A DNA stretch of 60,451 bases, filler included, from Platydemus manokwari (Eukaryota), in NCBI GenBank assembly GCA_037951405.1. It is 5 parts of 5 records of this genome, joined end to end, with 100 filler letters (N's around TTAATTAATTAA, not from the genome) between each part and the next. Parts side by side here need not be neighbours in the genome. Positions count along the whole stretch, not along the records: positions 29,704 to 39,558 come from JBBMOY011196654.1; positions 39,659 to 49,516 come from JBBMOY011196321.1; positions 49,617 to 60,451 come from JBBMOY011102109.1; 2 more parts are not named here. The stretch is one strand, 5' to 3'. This document shows positions 39,315 through 53,620 of this stretch, piece after piece (positions within the stretch are counted from its first letter, which is position 1; every line of letters begins with the position of its first letter). The translations under genes were made by a program, and so were the position numbers. Under the pieces are notes generated by a model that saw nothing but the letters and a program-made list of their open reading frames with translations, had not been told where the DNA came from and ran no database searches.

Positions 39315-40642
39315 GTAAATTACAACAAAAGGATATTTATCAATAATGTTAATGGCTGAAAATTTATGCTTTCTAGCAATTGAAATTTAAACTAAAAAGG
39401 TTTTTGAAATATTGGATGTAAAATTATTAGATATTCTTTGGAATATAATAAGGAAATTTAACATTTTCTAAGTTAGCACTGGCTGTATTTCTAAAGTTGA
39501 TCTTTTGTGATTAAAATTTGAAGAAATACTTTGTGGAATAAATGTGATTTTATCAGAGNNNNNNNNNNNNNNNNNNNNNNNNNNNNNNNNNNNNNNNNNN
39601 NNTTAATTAATTAANNNNNNNNNNNNNNNNNNNNNNNNNNNNNNNNNNNNNNNNNNNNATTATTGTTATTATTTTTATTATTATTGTTATTGTTATTATT
39701 ATCATTAATATTATTATAATCATTATTATTATTATTACGATTATTTTCATTATTATTTTCATTATTATTTCATNNNNNNNNNNNNNNNNNNNNNNNNNNN
39801 NNNNNNNNNNNNNNNNNNNNNNNNNNNNNNNNNNNNNNNNNNNNNNNNNNNNNNNNNNNNNNNNNNNNNNNNNNNNNNNNNNNNNNNNNNNNNNNNNNNN
39901 NNNNNNNNNNNNNNNNNNNNNNNNATTATCGATAGTTTTAATATCGTGATCATTATCATTATAGTTATTATCATTAATAATGAAAGAAAAATAGATGATC
40001 ATCAATTCATAAACAATAAACTGACAAATGAGTTGCCAAATCAAATTTTACTCTATTGATTTCTGCAATTTACATAGAAACTAATTACTAGTAGACTTTA
40101 TGACATGGACCAACAGTCAGACTATTTCACTCGATAGAATTGCAATTAATGAATGGCATCAGAATGAAAATGTCACTCAATTTATCACCATTGCAATCAT
40201 ATACTTCACAACCTTAGCTTAGTGATGTAATAATCAATATCTCTACCATTCACTCATGCTCATATCCACCCAGTGCTAGTTGTAATTTTATCGAACTGCT
40301 ATTTAAAAGTAATATATAACTTGAATTATAATCTTGACCTTGCTAAGACCCTATGAATTTCAACAAATAAATATTATTGTCAATGACAAAAAATTACGAC
40401 ATCATCATACCAAATAAATTTATCAGAAAGAAATTTAAAACAAAAAACGTGCACGGAATTCAAATGTTAAGTCAGACTTTAGAAAACGCATTCGTTTAAT
40501 ATTGTTGGGACTTTCTGTTGTTCAATATTCGACCAATGGCCGCTGGCCTTTGAGCTCGTGATTTTCCATTGAATTAGAGATTCAGTATCCGGAATTCTCT
40601 AAAGATTTCATTAAGTTCATAGTTCAATGTACACCTAAGCCT

Positions 40643-40685
40643 AAGGCTGATGACTAGGCTCAATAGAGCCGAAATCGACTACCAA
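40643..40685 (+). ncRNA. Minimal type I hammerhead-like motif (Penelope type), probably degenerate
   Basis: GG-CUGAUGA-CUA-GGCUC(AAUA)GAGCC-GAAA-UCGAC-UA-CC. Core and stem II are good. Stem I is only 2 bp. Confidence 0.5.
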
Positions 40686-41912
40686 GAGTAATAATCAATT
40701 GAAATTTCGAATAAAATAATAATATACTCTTTCAATTCACAAAATATATTATCGGTAATAAATATAACTCATCGGATTATTTCACTGTGTTCTATATCTA
40801 TGATCATTCCGATTATCAGCAAAAGATAATCACTGTTATTGACATCTTAAATTCAAGTAGAATATGATATTTAAAATCAATATAAATTCGAACAACAATA
40901 ATTATATCATAAAAATAAATTTTTTATGAAGCAAAAATTGAAATTCTTCATGCCGATTGATTGATAGATAGAGTTTAAAAAGTTCGCCTCTATAAAATTG
41001 ATAGAGTAAGATTATTGGAATAATTTCATCGAAAATGAATATTTATCGGCTAAATTTCGAATTAAGAATTACAATGTTACTTAGATACTTTTCGTTAAGC
41101 CTTAGTTAGCATTACTGTCTTGTTCATATTATTTGACGACATATCAGGTTTTGATATTGTCAATACAATGTCACCGACATTCTTAAAGGTGTCAAAATAT
41201 TATTTCATTGAAAATATTTCTTATCTTCTCTGATATCTTTAGTATAATAATAAATAGTTATATATAATGAATATGAAGCGATATATTGGAGAGAACACTG
41301 AAATGCAATGCCAAAACCAATTTGAAATCCGTTAAACTATGAATTAATAAAACAAATCATCGTGGCAATTTGCAGGCCTATTGACAATGCTATGAATAAC
41401 AAACTAGAATGGTTTTCAAAAAAATTAAATCAAAATCAAAATTTATGATTTCTTTACGATTTATATCGCGTTTGATCATACCGTAAACGTTAGGTTGTAT
41501 AAATCATTATTATCGGTATCTTAACAAAATACAACACATAATAAAAATGTATTTTCTGGCATATTATCAAACAGGTTATGCGAAATGCAATCTAGAAAAT
41601 TTTATTGAATCACATGTGTATTTTGTGATTTGTAGGCGTTTACAATGTTTGAAATAATTATGTTAGTGCAGTCCAATCATTGTTTAAAATCGTCGTAATA
41701 TTTGCAGTCAAATTTCGCAAATTATCTTAATGATCTTATTATCTCTGTGAATGCAAGTGATTTCATTTATCATTCAATCCTTGCACTGTTAAGGACAGAC
41801 ATTAAAATAGATGAGGATTATATGTTGAAAATGAAATGATTTGGTTTTCTACAATGTGATCTAAATACGAGAAAATATAATAAAGAAATATCAATATGTA
41901 AAGATAATATGA

Positions 41913-42512
41913 GGCTAAAGTTAAAAAAGGGTCCTAAAACGAAATTTTAAATTTGTTGAATGTATTGCAAAATTTTATTTAGTTTATTAACTTATATTCT
42001 TTAAAAACATTTTGAATTTTTTATTGAAGTACTAAAGAAGAATTTCAGCTGTTTGAAATCCAATATTAAATACATGAGAGCTTAAAAATCTCCTAAAATT
42101 TGATTATTTGAAAAAGTGAAAAAAGTAGGTCGAATTGCAATTTATTGAAAATTAGCGAGGACCCCTTTTTTAACATTAGAAGCAATTGAAACTCATTCTC
42201 AATAATTTTATAAAAATAACCAATGATGTTATTAAGCATATCTATAATTAACTAACTCGATTTATAATTATAAAAATTTAAATTAAAAAAACTCAAATAA
42301 TCATATAGAAGTGTTGTGATTAGAATGGGAACTTAGTTTTAAAACTATGTTTTGTCACTATTAAACATTTTCAAAAATGAGATATTAACTGAATTATACG
42401 AATAAATCAAACGTAGCAGTTTTATATAAAATAAAGTTATAAAATTATCTCATGTGTGAAAATTCATTATTGTGAAAGTAGGTCAAAACGCCCTTTATTT
42501 TTAATTTAAGCC
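41913..42512 (+). mobile_element. Full-length ~600-bp MITE, PIF/Harbinger-like
   Basis: Imperfect TIRs GGCTAAAGTTAAAAAAGGG / CCCTTTATTTTTAATTTAAGCC, flanked by TGA/TTA. Four copies in the window (18240, 29704, 41913, 49374). Confidence 0.85.
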
Positions 42513-44217
42513 TTAAATTGTCTTCTTATCGCAGTAACCGAATTTGTTTTTAAATGTTTCTCGTTTGAACTCAAGTATTTTTGCTGGTCAAAATGGGGGG
42601 GGGGCTAACGAGAAAGTTTATTTGAAACTCCATAACTCTTACAATCACTAGACAACTACTGTCTTTCAAATCACAAAAGTTATGACATACATTGTATGTT
42701 AATGAGATCGATTTTCTACCTTAGTTAAGTTCTCTATGTTTAAAAATATCAATCGAGTTGCTTAATGAGTTTCTAATTTTAATGATATTCATTAGATAAT
42801 TATTAATATTTTATCTCAATATCGGGTGGTATTTCATTACAATATATCATCGTATGTCATCGTATTGTAAAATATAATTTATAATTATATATACGATCAC
42901 ATAATGATTGATATTATCCTCAATTATTACCATAATTATAATTATATTTATTTATATTTATTAATGTTTTATATGTTGTGATGTTTGAAAAATTTGCAAG
43001 TTAAATATGTCTCAAAAATTAATATCAAAAGAAACAGATTTGTTTAAATGGTTGGGTTAGTTAATTTGGAGTCCTGATCTTTTAGTTGGTTTCCAATGAT
43101 AGCGACCACGCAATTGTATTTGATTCTGAGAAGGTCCAATGTATTAAAGGATGAAAGAAGATGTGGATTTATAAAAGATGAAGAAAAGATGAAAATATAT
43201 TGATAAGATATAAAGAAAATAAAGAATATTTAAAGAAAAGAGAAGAAATAGAAGTTTTCATTCAGATCAATATATGGAGAATTCATTACATAGAGAATTA
43301 GGAATACATGGAACATTAAATACATTTATAAAAGGGTGGTATGAGGATTTAAAAATTTTAATTCAAAAATTAATATTAAAATATATTAATTTGTTTTAAT
43401 AATTGGTCTTGAATAGATAATTTGGTTCCGTGATTCTTTAGTCTTTTTCACTGAGTTCTTTATAAAATATTAGCGACTTACAATATTATTGGTGAGCTGA
43501 AATTTTATATTGTAATGGCTGTCTAAAAAGATTATCGATTTTCTGATTCCTTTATTAATTTTTAGGATTTTTAGGTTATAATTCTTATGGTTGTTTAATT
43601 TTCTTAAGAAATATGGGTGATTATATTTATACAAATAAAACAGTGATATAATCTTGAATCGATTATGAATTTATTTACAATATTATTTATCCTTAAATGA
43701 CAAATTCTAAATAAATCAATAAATCAATACTGATATTCTTAAGATTGTGCATTAGTTTTTAATATATTTTATTCAATATCTACTATTCATTATTGAGTGT
43801 TATTATTCAGACACTCATTAAAATATTGTCGATGGTTTCAAATTCCAAATAAATATCGATTAACAATGTGAATATTTTTAAAATTGATTTTATCAATGAT
43901 AAATCATTTTTAACTTCAATTCCAAAAACCAATGTTAACGTAGTTCAATTGAAATATAAAAACACTGTTTAACTATTGATTTTTCAGATATACGGCCTTT
44001 GTTAACGATCCAATATTATCGTTTGCAAGTGATGTTATATAATGAATGACACGCACTTTAATTAAATTTTTTAATAAATTATTTATTACTCCATTTATTG
44101 ATAATTTTGAAATATTATTGTGAAAATTACGTTATTACTTTAATAGTAATTATTGTTACTGTTATTGATCAATATTGATTTTTAGTTTCATAATTTTATT
44201 TGATATTTTATAATTAG

Positions 44218-44391
44218 ATCCCATTGAACTATGTTACTTATCCAAGTCGGTCGGATCTCACAGAAAATACAATATCCAAATCTAGCTTGCATATGAGGAA
44301 ACAAAACAATCCAAGTATTCTTAGCAAACCAATGTCAAACACACCATCTAATTCAATCATTATTGCTCCTCGACCAATGAGAAAACGATGA
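44218..44391 (+). CDS. Possible terminal coding exon of unknown parent gene (perhaps the cytoplasmic tail of the IR gene)
   Basis: AG acceptor, 57 open codons (IPLNYVTYPSRSDL..APRPMRKR), TGA, then AATAAA at 44411. No recognisable homology. Confidence 0.3.
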   Translation: MPLNYVTYPSRSDLTENTISKSSLHMRKQNNPSILSKPMSNTPSNSIIIAPRPMRKR

Positions 44392-45229
44392 TCTCATTTG
44401 TCTATCCAAGAATAAAGCATATCAATATTGATGTATTATTGACGAAATTATTGATACATATCAGTAACTTAGATCCTTTTGTTATTTTATCGTTTAAAAA
44501 ATATATTTATTTTATTTCTTATTGTTGTTTAAAATTCTGGAATATCGTTACTATTTTTAGAAACAATAAGTGATATAATATATATATTATTATTTACTCT
44601 GCAACCAACGAGCACCATCAAGGATTAATAAAAGATTGAATGGAAAAAGAATTACATTAAAAAAAATATTAAATTATTTGATTGACAAAAGGAATTGTTG
44701 TCATTTTTATGGTATCTTTGAACTCAATCTTTTGTAAGGTGATATGCAATATAATGGGAATCACAGGGAAATGCCAGATTAATCTCCAATGTAAGAGAAA
44801 ACAATTGAATAGAATATTGTTCCAAGTAATAAAAATAAAATGGAAATTTGTTTTCAATTTTAAATTTCTTTCAATCCCGATGTTAAATACAATCGAAAAA
44901 TTCAAAAATCCATGACCAAACAGCCAATTTGATGACCAAATACTCATGATAAATACCCTATTCAATTTCTTATAAATCGGCAACAACAAATTAAACCATA
45001 ATCAATCGTCACCTTGATTCCAATCCACAATCCAATCGTTAATTCACAATTCACAATTCTAAATCGAAAATTCATGTTAAAAATCTTAGCCCAAATTAGA
45101 TGCAGCACTCCATATAGCAAAATTAATCGCTGCAAAATCTTTCGACGGGAAAATTGAAGACCACAATAAAAATATTCGAATACGAAGTCCGAAAAATTAA
45201 TATAAGATTTAAAGTCATAAAAATTATAG

Positions 45230-45620
45230 ATCTACGACGATATAGTGATGAAATCCTACTAACCTGTGCTAAGCAGTATTTGGTGTGACGATTTAAAGAT
45301 AATTCAACTAGTAATAACTCGTTGATAGATATGATTAAAATCAGAACAATCGATATTCCCCACCAATGATCTGATCCCAACCAAAATAATAGGCTGCGTG
45401 TATGATTCGGGTAATATAATAATGATAGATCAATAAAATAATGACGCAACGATACAGATACTTTTATTATAATATAAAATTATCGAATGTATAATGCTAA
45501 AGATTTAACAGAGGTTAGTGTTGTGCCTTGAAGATGAGGAACAACCGAAGCAGGAAACTAGGTACCGCCCTACTTCGAACAATAAACTAAAGAAATCAAT
45601 TTAGATAGCTAACCTTTCGA
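45230..45620 (+). mobile_element. Penelope-like terminal repeat with a degenerate minimal hammerhead
   Basis: GTGCC-TTGAAGA..GAAAC-TA-GGTAC at ~45523-45565. The block is homologous to the reverse complement of 53310-53620. Confidence 0.55.
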
Positions 45621-46009
45621 CTTTACAAGTTATTTTTTCCCCTACAAATTTCATCGAGCTTTTCGACGGCATGATTGAGTTTGACTGATAAATATAATAA
45701 CGATTGGTGATGCAGTCTCGAAGCTTAATAGGTGAGAAATATGCCTAAGCTAATTGATGATAATTGAAAAATTCTGTTGGATGAAGGTTGTTCCAAGAAG
45801 AATATTGTCACGTATGAGCGAAGATAAGTTTGAATGTCTAATACTAATAACGAATTTTCGTGCAGAAAATATGCTCTGAAGTCTGAGCGTTGGAATTTGA
45901 AGTTACTAATGCTTTCGAATTAGCAATATATAAATCACCATGGTGACGTTAATTAAATTTTTAAATTACCATGACAATGTGGATTTTTAAATTTCCCGAA
46001 TTAATTTTA

Positions 46010-47240
46010 GGAATTGATTATTCATATTATTTATATTATTAATGTGGATTGGGATGTGGGCTGTATGGACTCAACAATAGAAACAGTTTTAATAACCAAA
46101 AATCAGCAACTAATCGATAATTTCAATTTGACAGATGATTCATCTCATTTTATAATCATATACTTTCTTAAATGACCTAAGAGTGAGTAATTGAATATAT
46201 ACTAAAGCAATTGAAGAAAAGTGCATCCATTTTTAGGGAACAATACTTCTTCAATATTCTTGATAAGCCCAATTTATGTTGTATGGAATTAGTTAATAAA
46301 ATGACAAGATTGTTGAATGAACTTTCATGATTCTGAATTCTACAAATACTCCCCTTACGCAATAATTCATAGATAAAATAATCACGGATATTTGACCAAA
46401 TCGCAATAATTTTCTTCTATTAATATCAGATACAATTCCTCTACATGATATCAGTTAGTACAATGCTCAAAAAATCAATGATAGGAATATCATAAGCTAT
46501 TTCGTGTTATTTGTCACAGATACCAATTGAAAGATTGCGATGTTATTATATTTCCGTAAATCATACTCCTATTACAATGTTTGCATTCCAGGAGTAACTA
46601 TAATAGTTAATTCCTGAGAAAACTCTGATGTGATTGACCAAAAAGCTATCAACAATAATGTTAAAATCGATTTTCTAATGATAATCAAGCATTGGTTAAA
46701 TAAATAAACAACTTGATTCTCCCTAATTTTATTAATGAAGCAAGGTCATATAGGATGGTTTAATTGGTCTTTCTAGTGATTCTGTTGGAATTTAGTGACT
46801 GTTGCTCACTTTGACTCAATTTCTTAGCGATAAATTGAGTTGATAATTATTATTTATGCTACTTGGACTGCGATATTAATGAGGCAATTCCACTTATATC
46901 TGACTCTTAAATTTTAATGTTGAATCTTTATAGCCATAAAGAGATTGACAACCACTGTTTTCAAACTAATGGAACTCTGTTTGAAAAAGAGGATAGACGA
47001 GAAGAGAGTAAAGAAACCTGTCAAATTTTTGGTGAGAACTTCCAAGGAATTAATAAAACGATGAGAATCCCCTTTCAAATATTATTACAAAGTTAAATGA
47101 ACACAATTCACCCATGATTTTACTGATAATGTTGCGTAATTGGAGGTCGCCATCCAATTGTAGTTATAATTATATTTGGCGCTTATTTTTTGTGCGTTTA
47201 AATTATGTTAGAAGACGGTTTGTATAGTACTTACTTTGCA
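46010..47240 (+). pseudogene. Possible degenerate divergent ionotropic receptor relic
   Basis: LIIIIYATWTAILM (~46841) resembles M3 (LIIIxSYTANL). ELIKR* and IGG..IVVIIIFG..IMLE (~47140) resemble the pre-M4/M4 region. Many stops. Confidence 0.3.
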
Positions 47241-49373
47241 TCGATATGATTGGCTGACTTTCTGCTGTTTATCGATTATTTACTTTATGTTTATATTTAA
47301 CTTCTTTTCCCAATGATTTTTCTTTAGTTGCTGTGTCAAGATATGTATTGCCATAGTGATTCAGATGATTCTGATGACAATGTCATCATGTTCGCGTATT
47401 CTATTTTTCTTACAGTTTTTAAAAATATTGTTTTTCAAAATTAATTACACTTTATTTTACAAATCTAATCGATTCAATTGTTCATTTATAAATAATAATA
47501 ACAGTGTTTCATAGAAATTTGGTAAAAACCATTGTTATTAACCTTACTATTTGATCTAGATTTGAAATCATTGTGAACACTGCAATTCAATCTCTAATTC
47601 GACTAATGTTTGCATTGAATATTTCAATCATAACTATTTTGAAATTATAATCCTTGATCACAACTTAATTTTGAAATTATTGTGGTATTTTTGTTAAAAA
47701 AATTGCAATGAATATTTTACTGTTCATACTGTTATTTTGTTTCTAAAATGATAGAATTTTTTGACAATAATATTAATTTGGAAAATTTGTTTTTGCAATA
47801 TATATTTATATTAACCATAGCTTTTACAACTTATGTTCTTATTTTTTACGATAACTAGTTTCGAAAAGTGAGACTTGTCCTTTCTTTTCCTTACAATTCA
47901 TTACAATTATCTTCAAAAAATTTTATTTGGTCAATTTAAAAAATGGACAATGCAAATAATCCTCCATAAGAGTGTGTAGATCAACTAAGATTCACCAAAT
48001 TCAGCATCAATTGTTCGACTAATATAGAAGCAATCTTTTGCTCAATGATTTTTATCTTGAAATGCATTGCAAAATTTGTATTTATGAACTTGAATATTAC
48101 AATTAAGTATTTATTATTATTAAGTATTTACTATTAAGTATTAATTAAGTGTTTTTGATTATAATTTTTTATTTTCTACGAATCTTACAACTTTTTCACT
48201 ATCATTTTCTATAAGTAATAATATTTATTTTGCTAAAATTTTATTGCCATAAGGCGTTTTATTAAAATGCATGATTGTTTGAATTGAAGGTAAGGTTGAA
48301 AATAAGATAAGAAAAACGAGAAAGAATTAACTAATATGCTTAGACTTGTAAAATTATGTATATTTCGAAATTTGATTGTCAAATTTGGTTGCTAAAATCA
48401 ACATAAATGAGCACACACATCAAGACTTTTTTTGTCCGAAAGGTCCTTTTTCATTGCAATACAGTTCCACATATCGATTTAAAGTGTCCACGATGCCCTC
48501 TCTAAATTAATTACGATATGTTATTATTAATATGAATTGAAAAAATATATAAATCGATAAAAACAACATAAAGCTGATACATAAACTGATACTTGCGATA
48601 ATGGATGGCCAACTGGTGAGAGTATCAATATATTTATACAAAAAGGTAAGCTCTTCATATATAATAAATATATCAATTGGATAATTATTTTTTTATTAAT
48701 TATTTATCTCATTGAGTTCTGATAAACAATCGAAATGGCAGCTCAATTTCTAATAAGCTCTAAATTGCTTTTCTAGCAACTGTCAGAACGATGAACACTA
48801 GTTTAATAAATAATATTTCACAATTTATTGGTTGTCAGGATTTAAAAATGCTAGACACCATATACAATAAACTCAAACTTCACATCACTTGATTTTTTGC
48901 TGGCGAATTTATTTATAATAACTATATAAACGATTGGCTATTTTGAAAATTTCATTGGTTTTATCTTTCTATGCTAAGTCATGTGACGGGGTGAAACAGG
49001 AATGTCAGTAGTACTTTAGTCATGATGCTGCGGATTTGGATTAAAAATAGTAATTGTGCACTTGTAAAATATCCTTGTGTTTTGGTGAATAAAATTATCG
49101 GAATTTGTGTACAACTAATCTTTCGTTTTGAAGAACTTTAAAGGCATGCCCATTTGCATATAATGTGGTATTAATATTTCATTGTTGACAAGGATCTTTC
49201 ATTTTATGAATTTTTTTACGATTTAGTAAATAATGACGAATAAAAATAAAGGTAGAACTAAATCGATAATAGTAATATTATAATAAACGTATTTTAAAAT
49301 TATTAGGTTTCTTATTTTACTTTAAAATAGTAAGAAAACACGATGACGACAAAGCTTTATTAATTCAAAAACT

Positions 49374-49440
49374 GGCTAAAGTTAAAAAGGGTCCTAAAAT
49401 GAAATTTCAAATTTGTTGAGTGTATTGCAAAATTCTATAT
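49374..49440 (+). mobile_element. Left end of the MITE family
   Basis: GGCTAAAGTTAAAAAGGGTCCTAAAA.GAAATTT.AAATTTGTTGA.TGTATTGCAAAATT matches 41913-41975. Confidence 0.85.
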
Positions 49441-49943
49441 AAAGCTTTACTCATAAGTCGGGACACTAATTTGCATATTGTGTTATATAAGAAATTTAAT
49501 AATTAAATTATAAGGTNNNNNNNNNNNNNNNNNNNNNNNNNNNNNNNNNNNNNNNNNNNNTTAATTAATTAANNNNNNNNNNNNNNNNNNNNNNNNNNNN
49601 NNNNNNNNNNNNNNNNAAAATTGTATTAAAAAATTAAGCAGTGTATTTATTCATATGTGGAGTTTTTCAAATTTCACTTTAGAAATTCAATTTTGATAGA
49701 ATTCAATAAAAATAATAAACTTAATAACAACCCCAACCAAATAAATTATTATCTGATATTAAAAAAGCATAACTTAAATAATGATAGATATACTTTTCAC
49801 ATCTCAACACAAATTATTCAAAACTATTTTCAAATTCATACAGTACTGCAATCAAATAATTATCTTGAATGTAAATAATAAATAGCTTCAAATATTCGAC
49901 AAATATTAATATATGCATAGAAAAGTGAGTAAAACATATTTAC

Positions 49944-50707
49944 CTGATTTTTTTGGTCTTCTTTATTACAGTTTATAATATCTGCCTTCGGAGAAAAATC
50001 TCCAAAATGTGCATTAGGATGATTCTTTAAATTAATTGCTAAATCTACTGATACACGCCCTCCTGAAACTGAAGATAAAAAATTAATTTACTTATTTTTG
50101 AATAAGACAGTGAAAAACTAAAATAATTAATTTTAATTAAACATTTTCCAATTTCGTAAATATAAAATAATGCTTTATTTACTAGAAAATGCTGCAAAAC
50201 CAAAAATTACAATTATATTAGAAAAATTACTTTCATAAAATCGGTCACAGTCCATTACTTTCTGAACCATATTCAGTGAATTCATATCAAATAAATTTCT
50301 CCAATATAATGTTTCCGGTGTATGCCAGTGATAAATATTATGAAATGGCGGTAATATTATAGTCCAATTATCATTAGGATCAAGCATTCTAAAATAAAGT
50401 TTAAATATACACAGTACAATAATGAATGAAGGGCTTGATAGAAAATTTAATTTAAAATTTTTAACAATTTTCAGACTATAAGATTTACCTTACAAAATTA
50501 ACGATTCGAATGTAAACATCTCTGCGTAAATTGAAACCCTCTGTATAGGTCACATCATAAAAAATAACGCTATGAAATGGTTTTCATGTAATAAATTTGA
50601 AAGTTAAAAATACAATTATACCGTGACTTTATTAAATTAAATAGATTAAAACCAATTACTAATAAGAAAATTATTTTGAATACAAAACAAGAACAATATG
50701 ATTTCAT
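49944..50707 (-). CDS. POFUT2: GDP-fucose protein O-fucosyltransferase 2, first four exons
   Basis: Exons 50707-50622 (signal/anchor), 50569-50489 (IFYDVTYTEGFNLRRDVYIRI), 50388-50231 (WTIILPPFHNIYHWH..WRNLFDMNSLN) and 50068-49944 (SGG..). These match POFUT2 motifs EGFNLRRDVYIR and LPPW..LYHW. The gene is cut by the gap at 49517. Confidence 0.93.
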
Positions 50708-51399
50708 AATAAAAAAAATTTTGAATTTAGAAAAACAAATCATCAATTTATAAATACTAACTTGGAAGACAACTTTACATACACTAATTACTGATTAATA
50801 TATAGATGGGCTTGTTTATTTCGATTTGTGCAGCAAGTTGTTATGAAGTTAAAAAGATGTTTTTAAAATATTAAATGAAATATTTATACTTCCTAAATGT
50901 TATATTTTAATATAAATGAATTTAATGAATTCGCGGTCATTTTTATAATAAAATTATCGATAGTTTTATCTTCATGAATAAAATTTTAAAAATATACAGA
51001 TGCATACAAATACTCAAACACCGTATGCAAGTTTGATAGTAATTCAAACTTGATTTATATCCCACAATTTAATACGGGCAGCAAATTTATTTTCGTGTGT
51101 AACTTATTTCGTTCGTTTTCGAAATAAAAATAATTTTTTGCAAATTTAAAAATAATTAAATAATAAGATTAAATATTAGAAATAATAATGACAATTAATA
51201 TTCAGCAAAGAAGATAATCCTCGAAACATCTGCAGCACTCATAAGAGCAAACACAAATCAAGTAGACAGATTAGTAAAAATTTCAAACCTAGCTTAGTTT
51301 ATTTGACTTAATTAAGATTGAATTTATATTAAAAACAAAATAAGATGTAAGTTCTCATTATTATTTTGTGAGATTTATTGTGATGGACTTCTAATTTGA

Positions 51400-52500
51400 A
51401 TGTCATTATTCACTTCATTTTCAAATTACAACTTGACAAAAAATTTGAATTGAATAGAATAACCTGTACATTGGTTAATAGGTTCTTTTGTGGCTTATAG
51501 AATAGTACTTAATAATATGATACTATGAATAATATTATTTATTTATTTACTTCATATCCAGATCCACTTAATGTTTTTATTTTCTATAATCAAATAATTA
51601 CTTCAATAATTTTTAAAATATTACTTTTGTTGAGGAAATATCTGAAGATATATTTACTTTTGGGAAGCTCCAAATTCATCGAAATCCACGGATATTGCAA
51701 AGAGGTACTAAATGACTTTGAAATTGATTTTATTTGTAACTTTGTAAATGTATCTGAATTTGGGCTTCTTCTAAAAAAACTAGTTTATGTAAATATTATA
51801 TTTTGTGCTTTTCATAGACAGAATCTCTTCTATTAGGATATAGAATATATTAAATAAATTGAAAGAAATCGTATTGATTTTGTTCGAGTTCTCAAAATCC
51901 GGAAATTTCAATCTGTTTTAAAATATCTATTTGTAGTTTACTCTGTTGTTCAGTACAGTTTTTGTAAAGAAAGGAATCTACATACCATTAGAAAAAATTG
52001 AATATGTAGTGAGCGAAAAGATTGAAGATTTTGTATGGATCTGATCACTAAACCTCATGACCAGATTTAGTTCTTCTAATTTTGTTGTTTTCCATTCTAA
52101 ATACAGCGTGAATAAATCCCAAAAGCTTTGATTGGATGGCATGTGTAACTGTAATTTATTTATTTTTCATTTATTGTCTAATCAATCTTTCATTTTGGTG
52201 GTTATTAAATTGATCTGGTTGAAAAGTTGGGACCATGTCTTTTATATTTTATTTCTATTGTGAGTTCTGTACTACCGGTTGAAGTACTATGTCAATCCGT
52301 TAGATGAGAGAATTTTAATCAAAATATTAATTATGTTGGGTGGTTTGTTGTTTTTATTATTTACAGTGGTCCTAGAAGGCTTCAATAGCTAGTATGTGTA
52401 TGAAGCTACCGGAAAAACTGCTAAAAGTATCTTAAGGTCAAGCTCATTAATATTGTTACAACAAGGTGTTTGCTTGTCATGTTGTAATAATTGCGAGTTG
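51400..52500 (-). mobile_element. Degenerate LINE (non-LTR) RT-region relic
   Basis: RSPNSDTF (KSPGPDG-like) followed at the expected distance by a YKP..LL fragment (NYRPI.LL-like). Broken frames. Confidence 0.4.
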
Positions 52501-53309
52501 TACTGAATGTGGACAATAATTGATTAATAATTTATGAATTATTGATTAGAGTTCATTACGATAGGCAAAGATGTTAAATTAATAAATCAATAATTGAATA
52601 ATGTTTATTTAAGAATGACAAAAAAATGTTAACAGTAAAAGAACAAAACAAAATATGGCAAATTATGCAAGGCACCACTCAAGTAGTTTGCCGCAAATAT
52701 CCGCACAAGGGATATCGGAAGACACCAAATACAGGCAACTATTGGGTTACTATTACACCCTATTAACCCATATTGCTGCCCACATTAATTAATTCATAAT
52801 AATTACAAATAATTTTAACACGCAAATAAATAATCAATCCTTAAAATTTTCTAAAATTCGCATTACCATGGAGAATTAATATGTTGCTAAGGAGAAAGCA
52901 CTGGTAGTGATCAAAAATAATGATCACTTCGGGAAAATAATAAATTACCACATCAACGACGGAATTCCTTCCACAAAAAATCTTGGAATATAAACGAAGC
53001 TTAAAATTTTAACATGCGTACAAAAATTTCATCACGACACCCAATATTGGGATTTATTCATCTAACACATCCAAAAGAAATTAATTAATTTGACATTGGA
53101 ATTTACTCACCTAACGCAGTAATTAAATCTAAATACGATTGTATTCCACTAACTCAAACAAGCCAATCTTTCACAGCAGCGTACATCCAACCCTCTTAAG
53201 TATTCTTCATTACTTAATTTTATTGATGTTATTGGTAAATTCTATTATGAATTTATCCTTTATTATTCTACAATAATTCACAAAGCCGAACGGATTTGTG
53301 ACAACTGAA

Positions 53310-53620
53310 TTTCAATCTCCTTTATTTTATTGCTCAGAGAAGAGCGGCACCTAGTTCTCTACGTCAGCCTTCAGGGCACAACACAGTATCTGTTAAAATC
53401 AACTGCATTACACAATTGTTTATTTGTATTATAATAAAGTATTATTGTTGAATTATTGTTATTTTAACTGCTCTATCGTTACTATACTATTTTAAAGTAT
53501 AACACGAAAACCTATTATTCTGATTGGGAACAGACCATTGGTGGAATCGCTATTTTTCTGATTTTAATCGGTATCAAAATAATATTTAGCAACAAGTTAG
53601 TAGGATTCCTTCACAACTAA
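53310..53620 (-). mobile_element. Second copy of the Penelope-like terminal repeat
   Basis: Reverse complement shares AATCCTACTAAC, CCACCAATG.TCTG.TCCCAA and GTGTTGTGCC-CTGAAG..AACTAGGT.CCGC with 45230-45620. Confidence 0.6.

Noticed and set aside
40094-40220. Open frame FMTWTNSQ..ITIAII that could be the next IR exon
   Set aside because: No suitable GT donor, and it lies beyond a linker gap. Cannot be supported.
48711-48747. Hammerhead-like ATTGAGTT-CTGATAA..GAAA..AGCTCAAT with an 8-bp stem I
   Set aside because: Core G8 is changed, and there is no stem II and no UH site. At best a dead relic.
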